Shown here: positions 10,401 to 20,150 of the stretch, piece after piece
Layout: every line of letters starts with the position of its first letter
Position numbering within the stretch: position 1 is the stretch's first letter
Assembly (NCBI GenBank): GCA_965247095.1
Contig: OZ251997.1
Span: 32,001 to 96,000, forward strand
Length of the DNA stretch: 64,000 bases
Direction of reading: 5' to 3'
DNA from: Candidatus Multivorans sp.
Lineage (GTDB): Bacteria > Acidobacteriota > Thermoanaerobaculia > Multivoradales > Multivoraceae
The notes under the pieces: model-generated
What the model saw: only the letters and a program-made list of their open reading frames with translations
Told to the model about the DNA's origin: nothing
The model's database searches: none
Made by a program: the position numbers and the translations under genes

Positions 10401-10994
10401 CTTCAGCGCGGTCCACAGACCCGAGAACCGGGACAGGGCGATGCCGTGCAGGCCGAGTTCCAGGACCTCCGCCGGGTCGCCGGGATAGAGCACCGGCATC
10501 GAGAGGTCGAAGAGGCTGATGGTGCTGTCGCCGGGAATGGTCGAACTCTTGCAGGCGGTGTCGTCGCCGGCCAGCACCAGCACGCCGCCGTGCTTGCCCG
10601 TGCCGATGAAGTTGCCGTGGCGGAAGGCGTCGCCGCTGCGGTCGACGCCCGGGGTCTTGCCGTACCAGATGCCGACCACCCCGTCGTAGCGCTGGTGGGG
10701 GAACCGCTCGAGGAGCTGGGCGCCGTATATCGAGGTCGCCGCCGTCTCCTCGTTGATACCCGGCTGAAAGACCACGTCGTGTTCGGCCAGCAGCCGGCCG
10801 TTCCGCATGAGTTGCTTGTCGTATTCGCCGAGTGGCGATCCCGGATAGCCGCTGATGAACGCGCCGACTCGCAGACCGGCTTCCCGGTCCCGGCGGTACT
10901 GGTCCATCGGCAGCCGGACCAGTGCCTGGATACCCGTCATCGCCACGCGGCCTTCAGTGAGCGTGTACTTGTCGTCCAATGAGAAGGCCGTCAT
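7437..10994 (-). CDS. Indolepyruvate ferredoxin oxidoreductase family protein (fused alpha/beta), 1185 aa
   Basis: GYPGSPLG, FCSGCPH, TPP motif GDGT...N, ferredoxin CEGCGDC...C/CNLDYSCIEGDCP, beta-domain GIGGTGVVT and GLAQKGG, KDEYEVARL. Confidence 0.92.
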   Translation of the reverse strand: MTAFSLDDKYTLTEGRVAMTGIQALVRLPMDQYRRDREAGLRVGAFISGYPGSPLGEYDKQLMRNGRLLAEHDVVFQPGINEETAATSIYGAQLLERFPHQRYDGVVGIWYGKTPGVDRSGDAFRHGNFIGTGKHGGVLVLAGDDTACKSSTIPGDSTISLFDLSMPVLYPGDPAEVLELGLHGIALSRFSGLWTALKVVTNVADGGAVIDLPQMPPPVLPDLEIDGRPFQKHLDIRLLPPHTVEMERQIFTERTVAALEYVHANGLDSIRCASPGDRLGLIAAGKPYRDLRLALNLLGLDEAALDRHGIRVLKLGCIAPVETRRLREFAAGLEEIVVVEDKRGFIETQVRQTLYNLPDRPLVGGKQTPSGEALFPMHGELEGHQIALILGAYLERRLPGAVPAENLSRLRTGAESADLAATLPAAMPRTPYFCSGCPHNTSTQLPEGSDAAGGGIGCHAMAMWMDRGISWLPQMGGEGACWIGLAPFTEQEHIFQNVGDGTYAHSASKAIEACIAANLHMTFRILYNAAVAMTGGQEAVGLLSSLGVSKQLQLQGMKRVVLVTEDLERFPHRDDNSVEIRHRRDYDAVLKELRAIKGPTAVVYDQQCAAEKRRERKRGIQATPSQRVYINPAVCEGCGDCAAKSNCLSVAPLETEYGRKTQIHQSSCNLDYSCIEGDCPAFMTVDLGAATKPVRRAAAAPLVADEVPEPAGKVREHDTFRALLVGIGGTGVVTVDAILVTAALLEGRYAVHLDQTGLAQKGGAVVSNLLLSSKPIDRANKLGEGEADLALSFDLLATVATDNIKRFSKETTAVVANTAGISPAAVITDSAARMPPLDELRKRLALFTDRNRSYFVDAEAATERLLGNSVTGNIFLVGAAYQQGLLPLESRFIEEALRANGVAVEDNIQAFRYGRLSVADPERFRSASGLEGPKAQTAASALEAARARIERWAPKFGPELERLLAGAPQGGALDRLLPGRVADLLLYQGTGIAERYLAFVGEVGEAEESRLPGHTEVREEAARYGFKLLAVKDEYEVARLWLQDPIWDQIANDYDGPLNRHILLHPPTLRRMGWQRKIKFGAWSRPMFRLLYAARRLRGSVLDIFGATRHRRLERALFDWYRELLHETLDRLDAESAPLVVEAAKLPDSIRGYEGVKERTIATAKTRAKQLLDQLDEQHLDSRVA

Positions 10995-11033
10995 TGCTTC
11001 CTATCCTACCGCGCTCGGGCGGTCACTGTCCGG

Positions 11034-11078
11034 CCTGGGGATGCGGGCGTCTCGCCAGCATCCGGCGTGAAGCGCCGG
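11034..11078 (+). repeat. REP-like double-hairpin repeat
   Basis: CCTGGGGATGCGGGCGTCTCGCCAGCATCCGGCGTGAAGCGCCGG. Confidence 0.8.
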
Positions 11079-11084
11079 GAGCTC

Positions 11085-11789
11085 TCAGCCGCCGCGAATC
11101 TGGGCGAACCACTCGTGGCCGGACGCGGCGGACCGGCCGCGGATGACGGTGGACTTGATTGCCCGAACTCCACTTGGGGGATAACCGGCGATGGTCGCCG
11201 AAAGTTCCCGCGCGCGGGTCAGGACTTCATTGTCCGCGACGACCTCCGAAGCCACGCCCATCCGCTCGAGCTCCGCTCCGGTGTAGCGCCTGCCGACGAT
11301 CGCGAGCCGGGCCGCCACGCTCTCCGGGTGGCGCAGGCGCAGCCAGGCCATGTTCATCGGCGCCGCCATGCCCATCTGGATTTCGCCGACGTGGAGGAAG
11401 GCTTGCTCGCCCGCCACCAGGAGATCGGCGGCGAGCGCCAGCGCCGAGCCGGCGTTGATGGCGAAGCGTTCGAGGGCGGCGACGATCGGCTTCGGGCAGT
11501 CGTAGAGCGCGGCGTGAACATCGAGCCAGAGACCGCTGAAGGCAGGCATCCAGTCCGGCGGCGGATCGGCGCGGAACTCGCCCAGGTCGAGACCGGAACA
11601 GAAAGCGCCGCCCGCTCCGCGCAGCAAGAGGACGCCTACGTCGTCGTCCTCGGTCGTGGCGACGATCTCGGCGTGGAGACGCTTCGCCAGCGGGCCGGTC
11701 ACCGCGTTGCGGCGCGCGGGCCGGTTGAGCACGATCTCGGCGACGCCGCTTTCGCGCGTCGAGAAGACCGGATCGGCGGCGGAGGTCAT
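11085..11789 (-). CDS. Enoyl-CoA hydratase/isomerase family protein
   Basis: LNRPARRNA, AFCSGLDL, PKPIVAA, ALALAAD crotonase motifs. Confidence 0.88.
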   Translation of the reverse strand: MTSAADPVFSTRESGVAEIVLNRPARRNAVTGPLAKRLHAEIVATTEDDDVGVLLLRGAGGAFCSGLDLGEFRADPPPDWMPAFSGLWLDVHAALYDCPKPIVAALERFAINAGSALALAADLLVAGEQAFLHVGEIQMGMAAPMNMAWLRLRHPESVAARLAIVGRRYTGAELERMGVASEVVADNEVLTRARELSATIAGYPPSGVRAIKSTVIRGRSAASGHEWFAQIRGG

Positions 11790-11820
11790 CGTCGTCGCCC
11801 TTGGTTGCGTCCGGGGCGGC

Positions 11821-12657
11821 TCAGTCGCGCTGTTGGGCGTCGACGAACCAGTCGCCGGGTAGTTGCTTGCCTTCGTAGAGCCGGCCCTGGAACCGCCTCA
11901 TGCCGTGGAGCCAGCGGTCGACGTCAGTCGCCTTGCGGCGGACGTACTCCGCGACCTCGGGATGGGGCAGGACCCAGAACCGCTCCTCGCGGATCGCTTC
12001 GATGCAGACGTCGGCCGCCTGTTCGGCGGTCAGAACGCCGTCGCCTGAAGCGACGCCGACGGCCTCGCCGAAGCGCCCGGCAGTAGGGCTGTTGGCGCCG
12101 ATGTTCGTCCTCACCGCCTGCGGGCAATGCACTGAGACGCGGATGCCCTGGTGGCCGTGGGTGATCGCGATCCACTCCGCCAGCGCCACCGCGGCGTGCT
12201 TGGTCAGCGAGTAGGCGAGCGAACCGAGCTGGGTCAGGAGCCCGGCCGCCGAGGCGGTGCTCATGATGTAGCCCTCGCCGCGCTCGATCATCGACGGCAG
12301 CACCGCCCGCGCGGCGTAGACGTGGGACATCACGTGAACGTCCCACATGTCGTTGATCTCCTCGTTGGGGACCTCGAGCCCGCCCATGGTTACGTAGCCG
12401 GCATTCGACATGAACAGGTCGATCGGCCCGATGTTCGAGGTCACAGCCTCGACCAGGTCGCGCACCGCATCCTCGTCGGCGACGTCGAGGCCTATGCCGG
12501 TGCCGCCGATCGCCTCGGCGACCTCCTTGGCTCCCGCCTCGTTCCGGTCCGCGACGACGACGTGACGCGCGCCCTCGCGGTGAAACGCTTCCGCGAGCGC
12601 CTTACCGATCCCCGAGGCGCCGCCGGTGACGACCATGATCCTGTTCGCTATGTCCAC
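11821..12657 (-). CDS. SDR family oxidoreductase
   Basis: TGGASGIG, NAG, catalytic S and YSLTK (YxxxK). Confidence 0.92.
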   Translation of the reverse strand: MDIANRIMVVTGGASGIGKALAEAFHREGARHVVVADRNEAGAKEVAEAIGGTGIGLDVADEDAVRDLVEAVTSNIGPIDLFMSNAGYVTMGGLEVPNEEINDMWDVHVMSHVYAARAVLPSMIERGEGYIMSTASAAGLLTQLGSLAYSLTKHAAVALAEWIAITHGHQGIRVSVHCPQAVRTNIGANSPTAGRFGEAVGVASGDGVLTAEQAADVCIEAIREERFWVLPHPEVAEYVRRKATDVDRWLHGMRRFQGRLYEGKQLPGDWFVDAQQRD

Positions 12658-12749
12658 GTTTGTTCTCCCTGCTTGCAGCGCGAGCCTGCCGCGTGCTGTC
12701 GTTGATGTCGGCGCGCAATCCTACGACCTGCGGGTTCGTGGCGCAGGAA

Positions 12750-12799
12750 CCGGGTGCGCGGCCTTCTGGCCGGCATCGGCGCGCAGCGCCGGCTTCCGG
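12750..12799 (+). repeat. REP-like repeat, divergent copy
   Basis: CCGGGTGCGCGGCCTTCTGGCCGGCATCGGCGCGCAGCGCCGGCTTCCGG; 3' tail matches the copy at 49203. Confidence 0.6.
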
Positions 12800-12899
12800 G
12801 CCCAGGGTGCCCGAGGGGATCGGGCCGGCAATCGGCGACGCCAGCCGCGGTGTTGATCCGGTCGCCTTACCGGAGTAGCTTCTTGAACTGGAAGACACC

Positions 12900-13142
12900 A
12901 TGATCGTCAAGATCACATCGAAACGTCAGGTCACACTCCCCGCGCGGGTACTCGATGCGCTTGGAGTGGGGCCGGGTGACCGGCTCGAGCTGGTCGAATG
13001 CTCCGACAGCCTCCGGCTGCGGCCGCACCGAATTCGCCTCGATCGCCTCTCCCCGCTGCGGGGCAAACTGGATAGGGGACTCGGTACCTTCGACCTCGAG
13101 TCGTTCCGCTCGAAAGGGCATGACCCCGCGCTTCGGGATTGA
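12900..13142 (+). CDS. AbrB/MazE/SpoVT family antitoxin (VapB-like)
   Basis: MIVKITSKRQVTLPARVLDALGVGPGDRLEL swapped-hairpin signature; 80 aa. Confidence 0.88.
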   Translation: MIVKITSKRQVTLPARVLDALGVGPGDRLELVECSDSLRLRPHRIRLDRLSPLRGKLDRGLGTFDLESFRSKGHDPALRD

Positions 13143-13161
13143 CACCTCGATCCTGGTGCAC
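13120..13161 (+). pseudogene. Truncated PIN-domain toxin (VapC N-terminus only)
   Basis: ATG overlapping the antitoxin 3' end encodes MTPRFGIDTSILV (PIN 'iDTnil' motif), then similarity ends at the convergent gene. Confidence 0.7.
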
Positions 13162-13179
13162 CCGTTCAGGCTGGCCCGA

Positions 13180-16100
13180 TTACTCGGGCTGCAGTTCGAT
13201 CATGAACCCTCCGCGGCGTTCGCCGGGGACCAGGTCGAGGGGTAGGCCGAACCCCTCGTAGCCTTCTCGCTGGACCGTCAGGGCGGTCGACGGTCCGGGC
13301 GCGAACTCAAGCCGGTATTCGCCGTCGGCGTTGCTCAGCGCGTAGCCGGCAGGAATCCGCGGCTCCTCGGCGCCTGGGGCCACCTCCGCTTCGGTGTCCA
13401 CGACGATGGCGATCAGGTGGGCGCCGGCGAGCGGTTGGCGGGTCGCCCGGTCGATGACGGTCCCGGCCAGCACCGCCGGGGGGTTGAGGTCGACCAGGAT
13501 GTCCTGGTCGACCTGGATCTCGAGCTGTCGGGAATGTGTGGCGCCGTTCGGTTCCGCGACCAGCATGTTGTAGGCGCCGGGTTCGAGGCCGTCGATTCGA
13601 AAGCGGCTCTGCTGATCAATGCGCGGTGCGCGCCTGACGGCCGCGCGAAGTGCCTTCGACCAAGATGACATCGCCGCCGGCGAGCGGTTGCCCTTGGGAC
13701 CGGACCTCGCCGGTCAGCGTGAGACCGGGTTCGAAGTTCAGTTCGACGAACGCCTCGCCCGGGCCGGTTTCGAGCGTGAGCGAGCGTTCGACGGTGCGGC
13801 CGTCGCGTTCTTCGGCCCTGACGGTCCATCTCCCCGGTCCGAGTTCGTCCAGTTGGAAGCGGCCTTCCAGGTCTGGAGTCGTCATGCCGCCGAGGAGACG
13901 TTCCTGCGCGGCCCTCACCGAGATGCCGGCGAACGCTTCGGACGGGCGGCCCGTTACGACGCCCCGTAGCGTGATTCCCCGGTGCAGCGCGAAGTCGATG
14001 CCGGCAACGGACCGGCCCTCGACGCGAACCGGGAAGCGGCCGGACGCGGCCCGCGCGTAGCCGTCCGCGTGGGCCCGCAGGCTGTACCTGCCGTCGTCCA
14101 GGCCGCCGATTCGGTAGCTTCCCTCCTGGTCGGTGACGGCCTCGAGCGGGACCCTGGGAGTGAATTGTCGCCGAGCATCGGCCAGTTCGTCCAGCGAACC
14201 CTGCTCGACCGGATGGGCCTCGACCCTGGCGAGCGCCACCGGCAGACCGTCGGCGCTGGTTACGGAACCGCTGATCTCCCAGCCGGGACGGAGTTCGAGA
14301 TCGACCTCGTTCGTTCCAGGCTTGATCACGACCTCGCGCACGCCGTCCCGGTAGTCCGGATGGCGGGCCACGACCCGGGCGGGTCCCGAGGGAACGCGGT
14401 GGGCCTCGTAGGCGCCGCCGGCGTCGGCTCGGGCGCCGTGGTGTGTGCCTGTCAGCTGACCTGTCGGGTCGAGCGTCTGGACGAGGACCTCCGCTCCGGC
14501 GACCGGTGCACCGTAGGTGTCGGTCACCACGCCGGCGAGCCGGCCCTGGGCGCGCAGGCGCAGTTCGATCTCGCGTTCCTCGCCCGGCCGCAGCCGGATG
14601 GCGCCGACATCCTCCGTCAACTGCTCGCCGCCGACCTCGACCGACCAGGGCCCCGCTCCGACAGCGTCGAAGTGGAAGCGGCCGTCACCGTCGGTCCTCG
14701 CCTCATGTCTGCGAGGATCGGTACTCCAAGCCGTTCGGCTAATGCTCGGGTTGCGTTCCAGTCTTAGCCAGATGTACGCGTTGGCGACGCCCTCCCCGTC
14801 CGCATCGAGAACCCGGCCCACGAGCCTGGCCCCTTCGCCCAACTGGACCTCGATCAGGCTCCCTGCCTGCGGGCGCACCGCGGCCATCTCGAACCGTTCG
14901 TAGCCTTCGGCCTCGACCACGAGGTTCGCCGGTTCGGCACGCAGTCCGCCGATACGAAACGTGCCGTCCGTATCCGTGACGGCCGCCCTGATCTCCGGGT
15001 CGTGAGGCCGGCGATGGTCGATGTTGTCCTGGTGGACTTTGACCTGGGCGCCGGCCACCGGGCGGCGCTGGAAGTCACGCACGATGCCCTCGATCGCCGC
15101 GCCGACTTCGAGTGTGAGCGTACCCACATCCTCCGCTCCCTCGCCGGAAGGCACGTCGAAGGCGGTTGCCAGGACACGGACGTGGTCGGGGTGGTTGGCG
15201 GTCAGTTCATGGCGTCCGGCACGGGTGCCGGGGAACTCGAACGCGCCACGGGCGTCGGTGACGCTGGTCTTCCTGGCCGTGGCGTCCCACGAGTAGCCGC
15301 CGTCTCCGGTCGCTGCAACCGGCTGAAGCGCGACCTCGGCGCCTGGAATGGGAGCGTCTTGGGTATCGGCGATGATGCCGTGGACGCGCCGGCCACGGAC
15401 GAGGATGACGCGAACGGTGTCCCGCGTCGCGCCTTCGGGCACCGCCGGAATCGCCAGAGTCCTGCGGGCGTAGCCGTTCGCCTCGGCGTGGAGGTTGTAG
15501 GCGTGCCCCGAGGCGACGCCAGCAATGAAGAACGAGCCGTCGGAGGCCGAGGTAGCCTTCCATGCCCCGGGGCCGATGGTCCAACCACCGCTTGCGGCAG
15601 ACGGTTGAACCCACAGCCACGCACCCGCCACTGGGCTCCCGGACGCATCCACGACATTCCCGCTGAGGAGCGCCGATGGCGTCAGCGCAATGTCGACGCC
15701 GTCGGCGGACCGGAGCCGCTCCGCGGTCACCATGGCGGTGGTCGCCTGGTAACCGTCGGCGACGATGCCGACCTGGGCCTGGCCTCGGTAGAGCCAGGCG
15801 CGCAGGAGGAAGGCACCGGTCGGGCCTGATTGGGTCTGCTCGCCGGGCCGGTTCCAGACCATGGCGCCCGCGACCGGACTGCCGGTGGCGGCGTCGGTGA
15901 CGCGGCCCGCGATCTCGGCCGGCGGCTCGAGCCGAACCTCGACGGACCGGGGTGCGTTGTCGCCGGCCTCGGGCCCCAGGGGCGCGGTCCGCGCGAGGGA
16001 ACGATCTTCGGCGACCGCCTGGTAGACGAGGCTCTGATCTGACGTGAGACCGACCGTCGCTTCGCCGCGGGCGTCGGTCAGCGCCAGGGGAACGTCCTGG

Positions 16101-16927
16101 TTTTCCCCGACGGTGACCGCCACGCGTGGCGCCGGCCGTCCCTGGGAATCGAGGACGCCGACGGTGACGCCGGGGCCCGGCGTCAACTCGAATGCGCCGC
16201 CGCGGTCTCCGATCGGCCCCGCGCGCAGCCGGAAGCCGCGTGCCGAAACGAAGACGTTCGCCTCGGCGGTCGGCATCGAGAACCTGGCCTGTCCAGCGGC
16301 GTTCGTTCGGGCGGCGGCGCGCCCGAAGCGCGGGTAGATCCGTTGCCGGGGCTGATGCCATCGCGGCCGCGCGTCGTTCGCATCGGCGCGTTCGGAACGC
16401 CACAGCGCGGGGTCGGCGACGGCCAGTGCGCCCTTGATGGGTCGGCCGTCCGTGTCCTTCGCGCCGACCACCAGCGTGTGCCCGTTCGGGACTTCGATGG
16501 GCGGCAGGACGATCGGCGCCGCCAGGGGCGCCAGAGTGTGGAACACCGGCGCCCGGACGACGCGGCCGGCGTCCGGCGTCGCGTCGCCTGCCGCGACGGC
16601 GATCTCCAAGCGGTAGGTTCCGACCGCCGGCGCGGTCAGCGTGAAGGCGCCGTTCGCGCCGGACCGGGTCGAGTCCACCGCCGCCGGCAGCCCGCGCGGA
16701 TCGCCCAGATCGTGCAGCCGGCGCTCGTAGCGGCTCGGGTAGGGCCGCAGGTCAAGGTCCAGGCCCGCGGCCGGCGCGCCCTCCTCGTCGACGAGGGTTC
16801 CCGTGACGGTCAGTGCGGGACCGGGCGGCGGTTGCGCGTGCAGACGATCGCCGGTCAGGTCGGGCAACAGGCCCAGGCACAACGCCGCCGCGCCGGTCAC
16901 GGCCACCCGGGTCAAGCTTGTCCGCAC
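13180..16927 (-). pseudogene. CarboxypepD_reg-repeat secreted protein, frameshifted near 13625 (about 1248 aa if repaired)
   Basis: ORF 13616-16927 ends ...RQARTAH*. The adjacent frame continues RIDQQSRFRIDGLEPGAY...IELQPE*, colinear with the C-termini of the paralogs at 20151 and 23897. Confidence 0.75.
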
Positions 16928-16951
16928 GAACTTGACGATCTCGACCGCGGG

Positions 16952-18334
16952 TCAGTCCGGCGCCTGACTTGGTCGTTTCTGCCGGAGTTCAACCCGGAGC
17001 GGCTTGCGGCGGTCGGCTGCTTGGAGATGCTCCAGCCCGAGCCAGACTCGCTTCGTGGCGTAGCCCGCGGCAGCGATCCAGATTGCCGGCCGGGGCAGAC
17101 CGGCGTCCTCTGAGGCGACCCATAGGCGGCGGTCGGCACGCGCCGTCAGCGTGAACTCGCCGCCGTCGCCGGACCAGGCGAGTCTGTCGAGCTGGCCATC
17201 GATCCACAGTGTCGCAAGCTCGATCGACTGGTTGGTCGTCGCGTCCACTACTTGACCTCGAAGCTCGAAGCCGGGCCAGAGGTGGACTTCTACGATCCGG
17301 GGTCCGTCAGGACTTGGGGGCTCGCGCTTCACGCGCGCGGTTTGGGCGAAGGAGCCGTCCTCAGCTTCGATCTGGTAGGAGATCCCTCTTCCACCCATCA
17401 GCCCGACGGTGGCTTCGCCCCGCTCGTCCGTGAGAGCAAGTGGAATGGCCTCGCTGCCGCCGATGCGAATGACTGCGCGGGGGACGGGCGCTCCATCGCG
17501 ATCCAGGACCCTGAAGGTGACGCCTTCGCCGCGCCTGAGTTGGAACGCTGCTCGGTCTTGAGAGAGATCGTCTACGCTGAGGTTGAATCCGGGCGCCGCG
17601 ACCGCGACGCTGGAAGCGGCGGTGGGTATGGAGAATCGCGTCATTCCGTCGCTGTTGGTGCGGGCTGCGGCGCGGCCAACGAACGGAGACGTCAGTTTCT
17701 TTGCGCTGTGCCACCGGTGTTCGGGGGCAGACCAGTACGCCGCCTGCACAAGGACCAGCGCCCCTACGACGGGCTGGCCCGCCTCGTCCTTGGCGCCGAC
17801 GATCAGGTTGTGCATTGTCGGAAGCCGGATCGGCGGCAGGAGTGTGGGCTCAGCGAGGAGGATCTGCCTCACGTACACCGGCGCCACGACGGTGGGTGGT
17901 TTGGTCTGGGGAGCGGCTGCCAGAATCTCGAGCTGGTGGGGCCCCACGCGTGACGTGGAGAGTTCGAAGCGCCCGTCGGCGTCGGAGCGGGTCCGATCGA
18001 CGACCGGTATCGCGTCGGACACTCCGAGTTCCCGGAGCCGCCGCTCGTAGATGTTCGGCACCGGGATCAGGCGGACTTCAAGGCCGGCGGCCGCGGCCCC
18101 GTCCGGGCCGACAAGTCTTCCCTCCACGGTGGGCGCCGCGGCTTGCTGCTGCGCCTGCAGGGCACTCCCAGCCGAGCCGAGCAGTGTCGGCGCAAAGAGC
18201 AGCGCCGTGGTGAGCTTGGCCGCGAACCCGAACCCGCAACGACTCTTGTGGCGCATGCGGGGTCTGGGAGATGGTCTCATGCGATCGGACTCGAGCTTCT
18301 GAGCGGAGGAGAGCATGTCGGTAGGGCGATTCAC
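16952..18334 (-). CDS. CarboxypepD_reg-repeat secreted protein, half-length paralog (460 aa; start could be 18280 or 18256)
   Basis: Shares N-terminal motif G.LV..DG..AAG.EV.L.P.P..YERRL..LG and VDRTRSDADG.F with its neighbours; signal peptide present. Confidence 0.72.
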   Translation of the reverse strand: MNRPTDMLSSAQKLESDRMRPSPRPRMRHKSRCGFGFAAKLTTALLFAPTLLGSAGSALQAQQQAAAPTVEGRLVGPDGAAAAGLEVRLIPVPNIYERRLRELGVSDAIPVVDRTRSDADGRFELSTSRVGPHQLEILAAAPQTKPPTVVAPVYVRQILLAEPTLLPPIRLPTMHNLIVGAKDEAGQPVVGALVLVQAAYWSAPEHRWHSAKKLTSPFVGRAAARTNSDGMTRFSIPTAASSVAVAAPGFNLSVDDLSQDRAAFQLRRGEGVTFRVLDRDGAPVPRAVIRIGGSEAIPLALTDERGEATVGLMGGRGISYQIEAEDGSFAQTARVKREPPSPDGPRIVEVHLWPGFELRGQVVDATTNQSIELATLWIDGQLDRLAWSGDGGEFTLTARADRRLWVASEDAGLPRPAIWIAAAGYATKRVWLGLEHLQAADRRKPLRVELRQKRPSQAPD

Positions 18335-18473
18335 TCCGTACTCTAGCCCGCAGTTTGGCGGTCTGGTACGTGGCGAGACGCTGAGATGGCCCGGATCGCT
18401 TGACGAAACGGCTTGGATCTGTTCCTCTTCACGAACGGTTCACAGGGATGGCGGGTACCTTGGAGCGAGACGA

Positions 18474-18689
18474 ATGGCGCAGAATCGAACGAATCTCCTG
18501 GTCGCCTTGATCGTGGCCCTGATCGTGCCGGCGACGGCCCACGCTTACCTTGATCCGGCGTCGGGCAGCATGATCCTGCAGGCGGTGATCGGGGGCGTGG
18601 CGGCCGCGGCGCTTGCCTTCAGGTTCTACTGGCGGCGCATTCAGACCTTCTTCGGCTACGGCGGCGACGACGAGTCAGAGTCGGAATAG
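18474..18689 (+). CDS. Small exported membrane protein with AYLDPxSGS motif, 71 aa
   Basis: ATG with GGAG RBS; signal peptide ending ATAHA, then YLDPASGS, one TM helix, WRR and an acidic tail; stop overlaps the next start. Confidence 0.8.
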   Translation: MAQNRTNLLVALIVALIVPATAHAYLDPASGSMILQAVIGGVAAAALAFRFYWRRIQTFFGYGGDDESESE

Positions 18690-20107
18690 TGCGAACAGGG
18701 GCCGCGAAGACCCCCGCGCCGCAGGCTGAGCCTTCGTCCTTCCGCGACCCGGCGGGTCAGGTGATCGAGGGCCGGGACGGCCGCGTCTTCCGGAGCGTCG
18801 CTCCGGCAGCGGTTGAGGAGTACCGCTACGTGCGGAGCTGTGGCCTCGTCGATGCCCTGGTCGTCGAGGGGGCGCTGGTGGCGGCGGAGGAGGTCGATCC
18901 GGTCGAAGCCGGCGTCCTGCCGCCGCCGGGGGGCCTGGTCCTGGAGCATCCCCGGTTGCCGTTCATCTCGTACCCGTACGAGTGGCCCTTTTCGCTTCTG
19001 AAGGCGGCGGCGCTTCACCATCTGGAAATGCAGATCCGGCTGCTCGACAGAGGCGTCTCGCTTTCCGACGCCAGCGCCTACAACGTCCAGTTCAAGGGCG
19101 CCAAGCCGGTCTTCATCGACTGGCTGTCGCTGCGGCGTTACCGCGAGGGCGAGTATTGGCAGGGGCACTCCCAGTTCTGTGAGCAGTTCCTCAACCCTCT
19201 GCTACTGGCGGCGAAGCTCGGCGCCCCGCACAACGCGTGGTACCGCGGGATGCAGGAGGGGATCCCCGCCCGGGAACTGGCGGCTCTGTTGCCGGGTCGG
19301 ATGCGCTGGTCGCCGAGGATGCAGGCCCACGTTCTGCTGCCGCTCCGCTTCGAACGGCGTGCCGGCTCGCGGAGCGAGGCAGCGGAGCGGACAGAGCGAC
19401 GGCCCCTGCCGCGTAACGCCTATCGCGGTCTCTTGGCCCAGCTCCGGCGCTGGATCAAGAAGCTCGAGCCCAAGGGCACGGACACGACCTGGAGCGACTA
19501 CTCGTCGTTGACCAGCTACGACACGGGCGAAGCTTCCCGCAAGGCCGAATCGGTGCGTGCCTTCATCGCCGAGGCGCCGCCGGAGCAGCTCTGGGATCTC
19601 GGTTGCAACACGGGCGAGTTCTCCGCGATTGCGCTCGAAGGTGGCGCCCGCGACGTGATTGGTTTCGACGCGGACTTCGGTGCGCTGGAGAGCGCGTGCG
19701 CGCGCGCCCGGTCCGATCGGTTGCGCTTTCTGCCGCTGTATCAGGATCTGGCCAACCCCTCGCCGGATCAGGGTTGGTCGCAAGTAGAACGCCGTTCGCT
19801 GGGGCGCCGCTCCCGCAGCGCGGATGCCCTGGTGGCGCTGGCCGTGATCCACCATCTGGCGATCGGCCGCAACGTGCCGCTGCCCCGGATCGCCGCCTGG
19901 CTCGTCTCCCTCGCGCCGCGCGGACTCGTCGAGTTCGTTCCCCAGGGCGACCCGCGGGTCGACGATCTGCTCACCCTGCGCGGCGACCGCTTCGCCGACT
20001 ACACGCCGGAGGCGTGGGAGGCGGCTCTTGAACCTTACGCGGCGATTCGCCGCACCGAGACCGTCTCGGCCAGCGGGCGCAGGTTGTACACGTACGAGCG
20101 GAGATGA
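18689..20107 (+). CDS. NoeA-like protein: kinase-like N-domain plus class I SAM methyltransferase
   Basis: SFRDPAG, FISYPYEW, LSDASAYNVQF, FIDWLS, QFCEQFLNPL; C-terminal WDLGCNTG (SAM motif I) and LAVIHHL. Confidence 0.82.
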   Translation: MRTGAAKTPAPQAEPSSFRDPAGQVIEGRDGRVFRSVAPAAVEEYRYVRSCGLVDALVVEGALVAAEEVDPVEAGVLPPPGGLVLEHPRLPFISYPYEWPFSLLKAAALHHLEMQIRLLDRGVSLSDASAYNVQFKGAKPVFIDWLSLRRYREGEYWQGHSQFCEQFLNPLLLAAKLGAPHNAWYRGMQEGIPARELAALLPGRMRWSPRMQAHVLLPLRFERRAGSRSEAAERTERRPLPRNAYRGLLAQLRRWIKKLEPKGTDTTWSDYSSLTSYDTGEASRKAESVRAFIAEAPPEQLWDLGCNTGEFSAIALEGGARDVIGFDADFGALESACARARSDRLRFLPLYQDLANPSPDQGWSQVERRSLGRRSRSADALVALAVIHHLAIGRNVPLPRIAAWLVSLAPRGLVEFVPQGDPRVDDLLTLRGDRFADYTPEAWEAALEPYAAIRRTETVSASGRRLYTYERR

Positions 20108-20150
20108 GGCGGGGCGCTAGCCTCCGGTCGCGGTCGGTCTGGAGCGCCTG

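Noticed and set aside
13616-13618. TGA readthrough or selenocysteine at the end of the 1103-aa ORF
   Set aside because: The homologous continuation is in a different frame, so readthrough would not restore it.
18342-18355. TCTAGCCCGCAGTT resembling the IS1634 left end
   Set aside because: Short single match with no partner end or transposase remnant; it overlaps a plausible -10 box on the minus strand.
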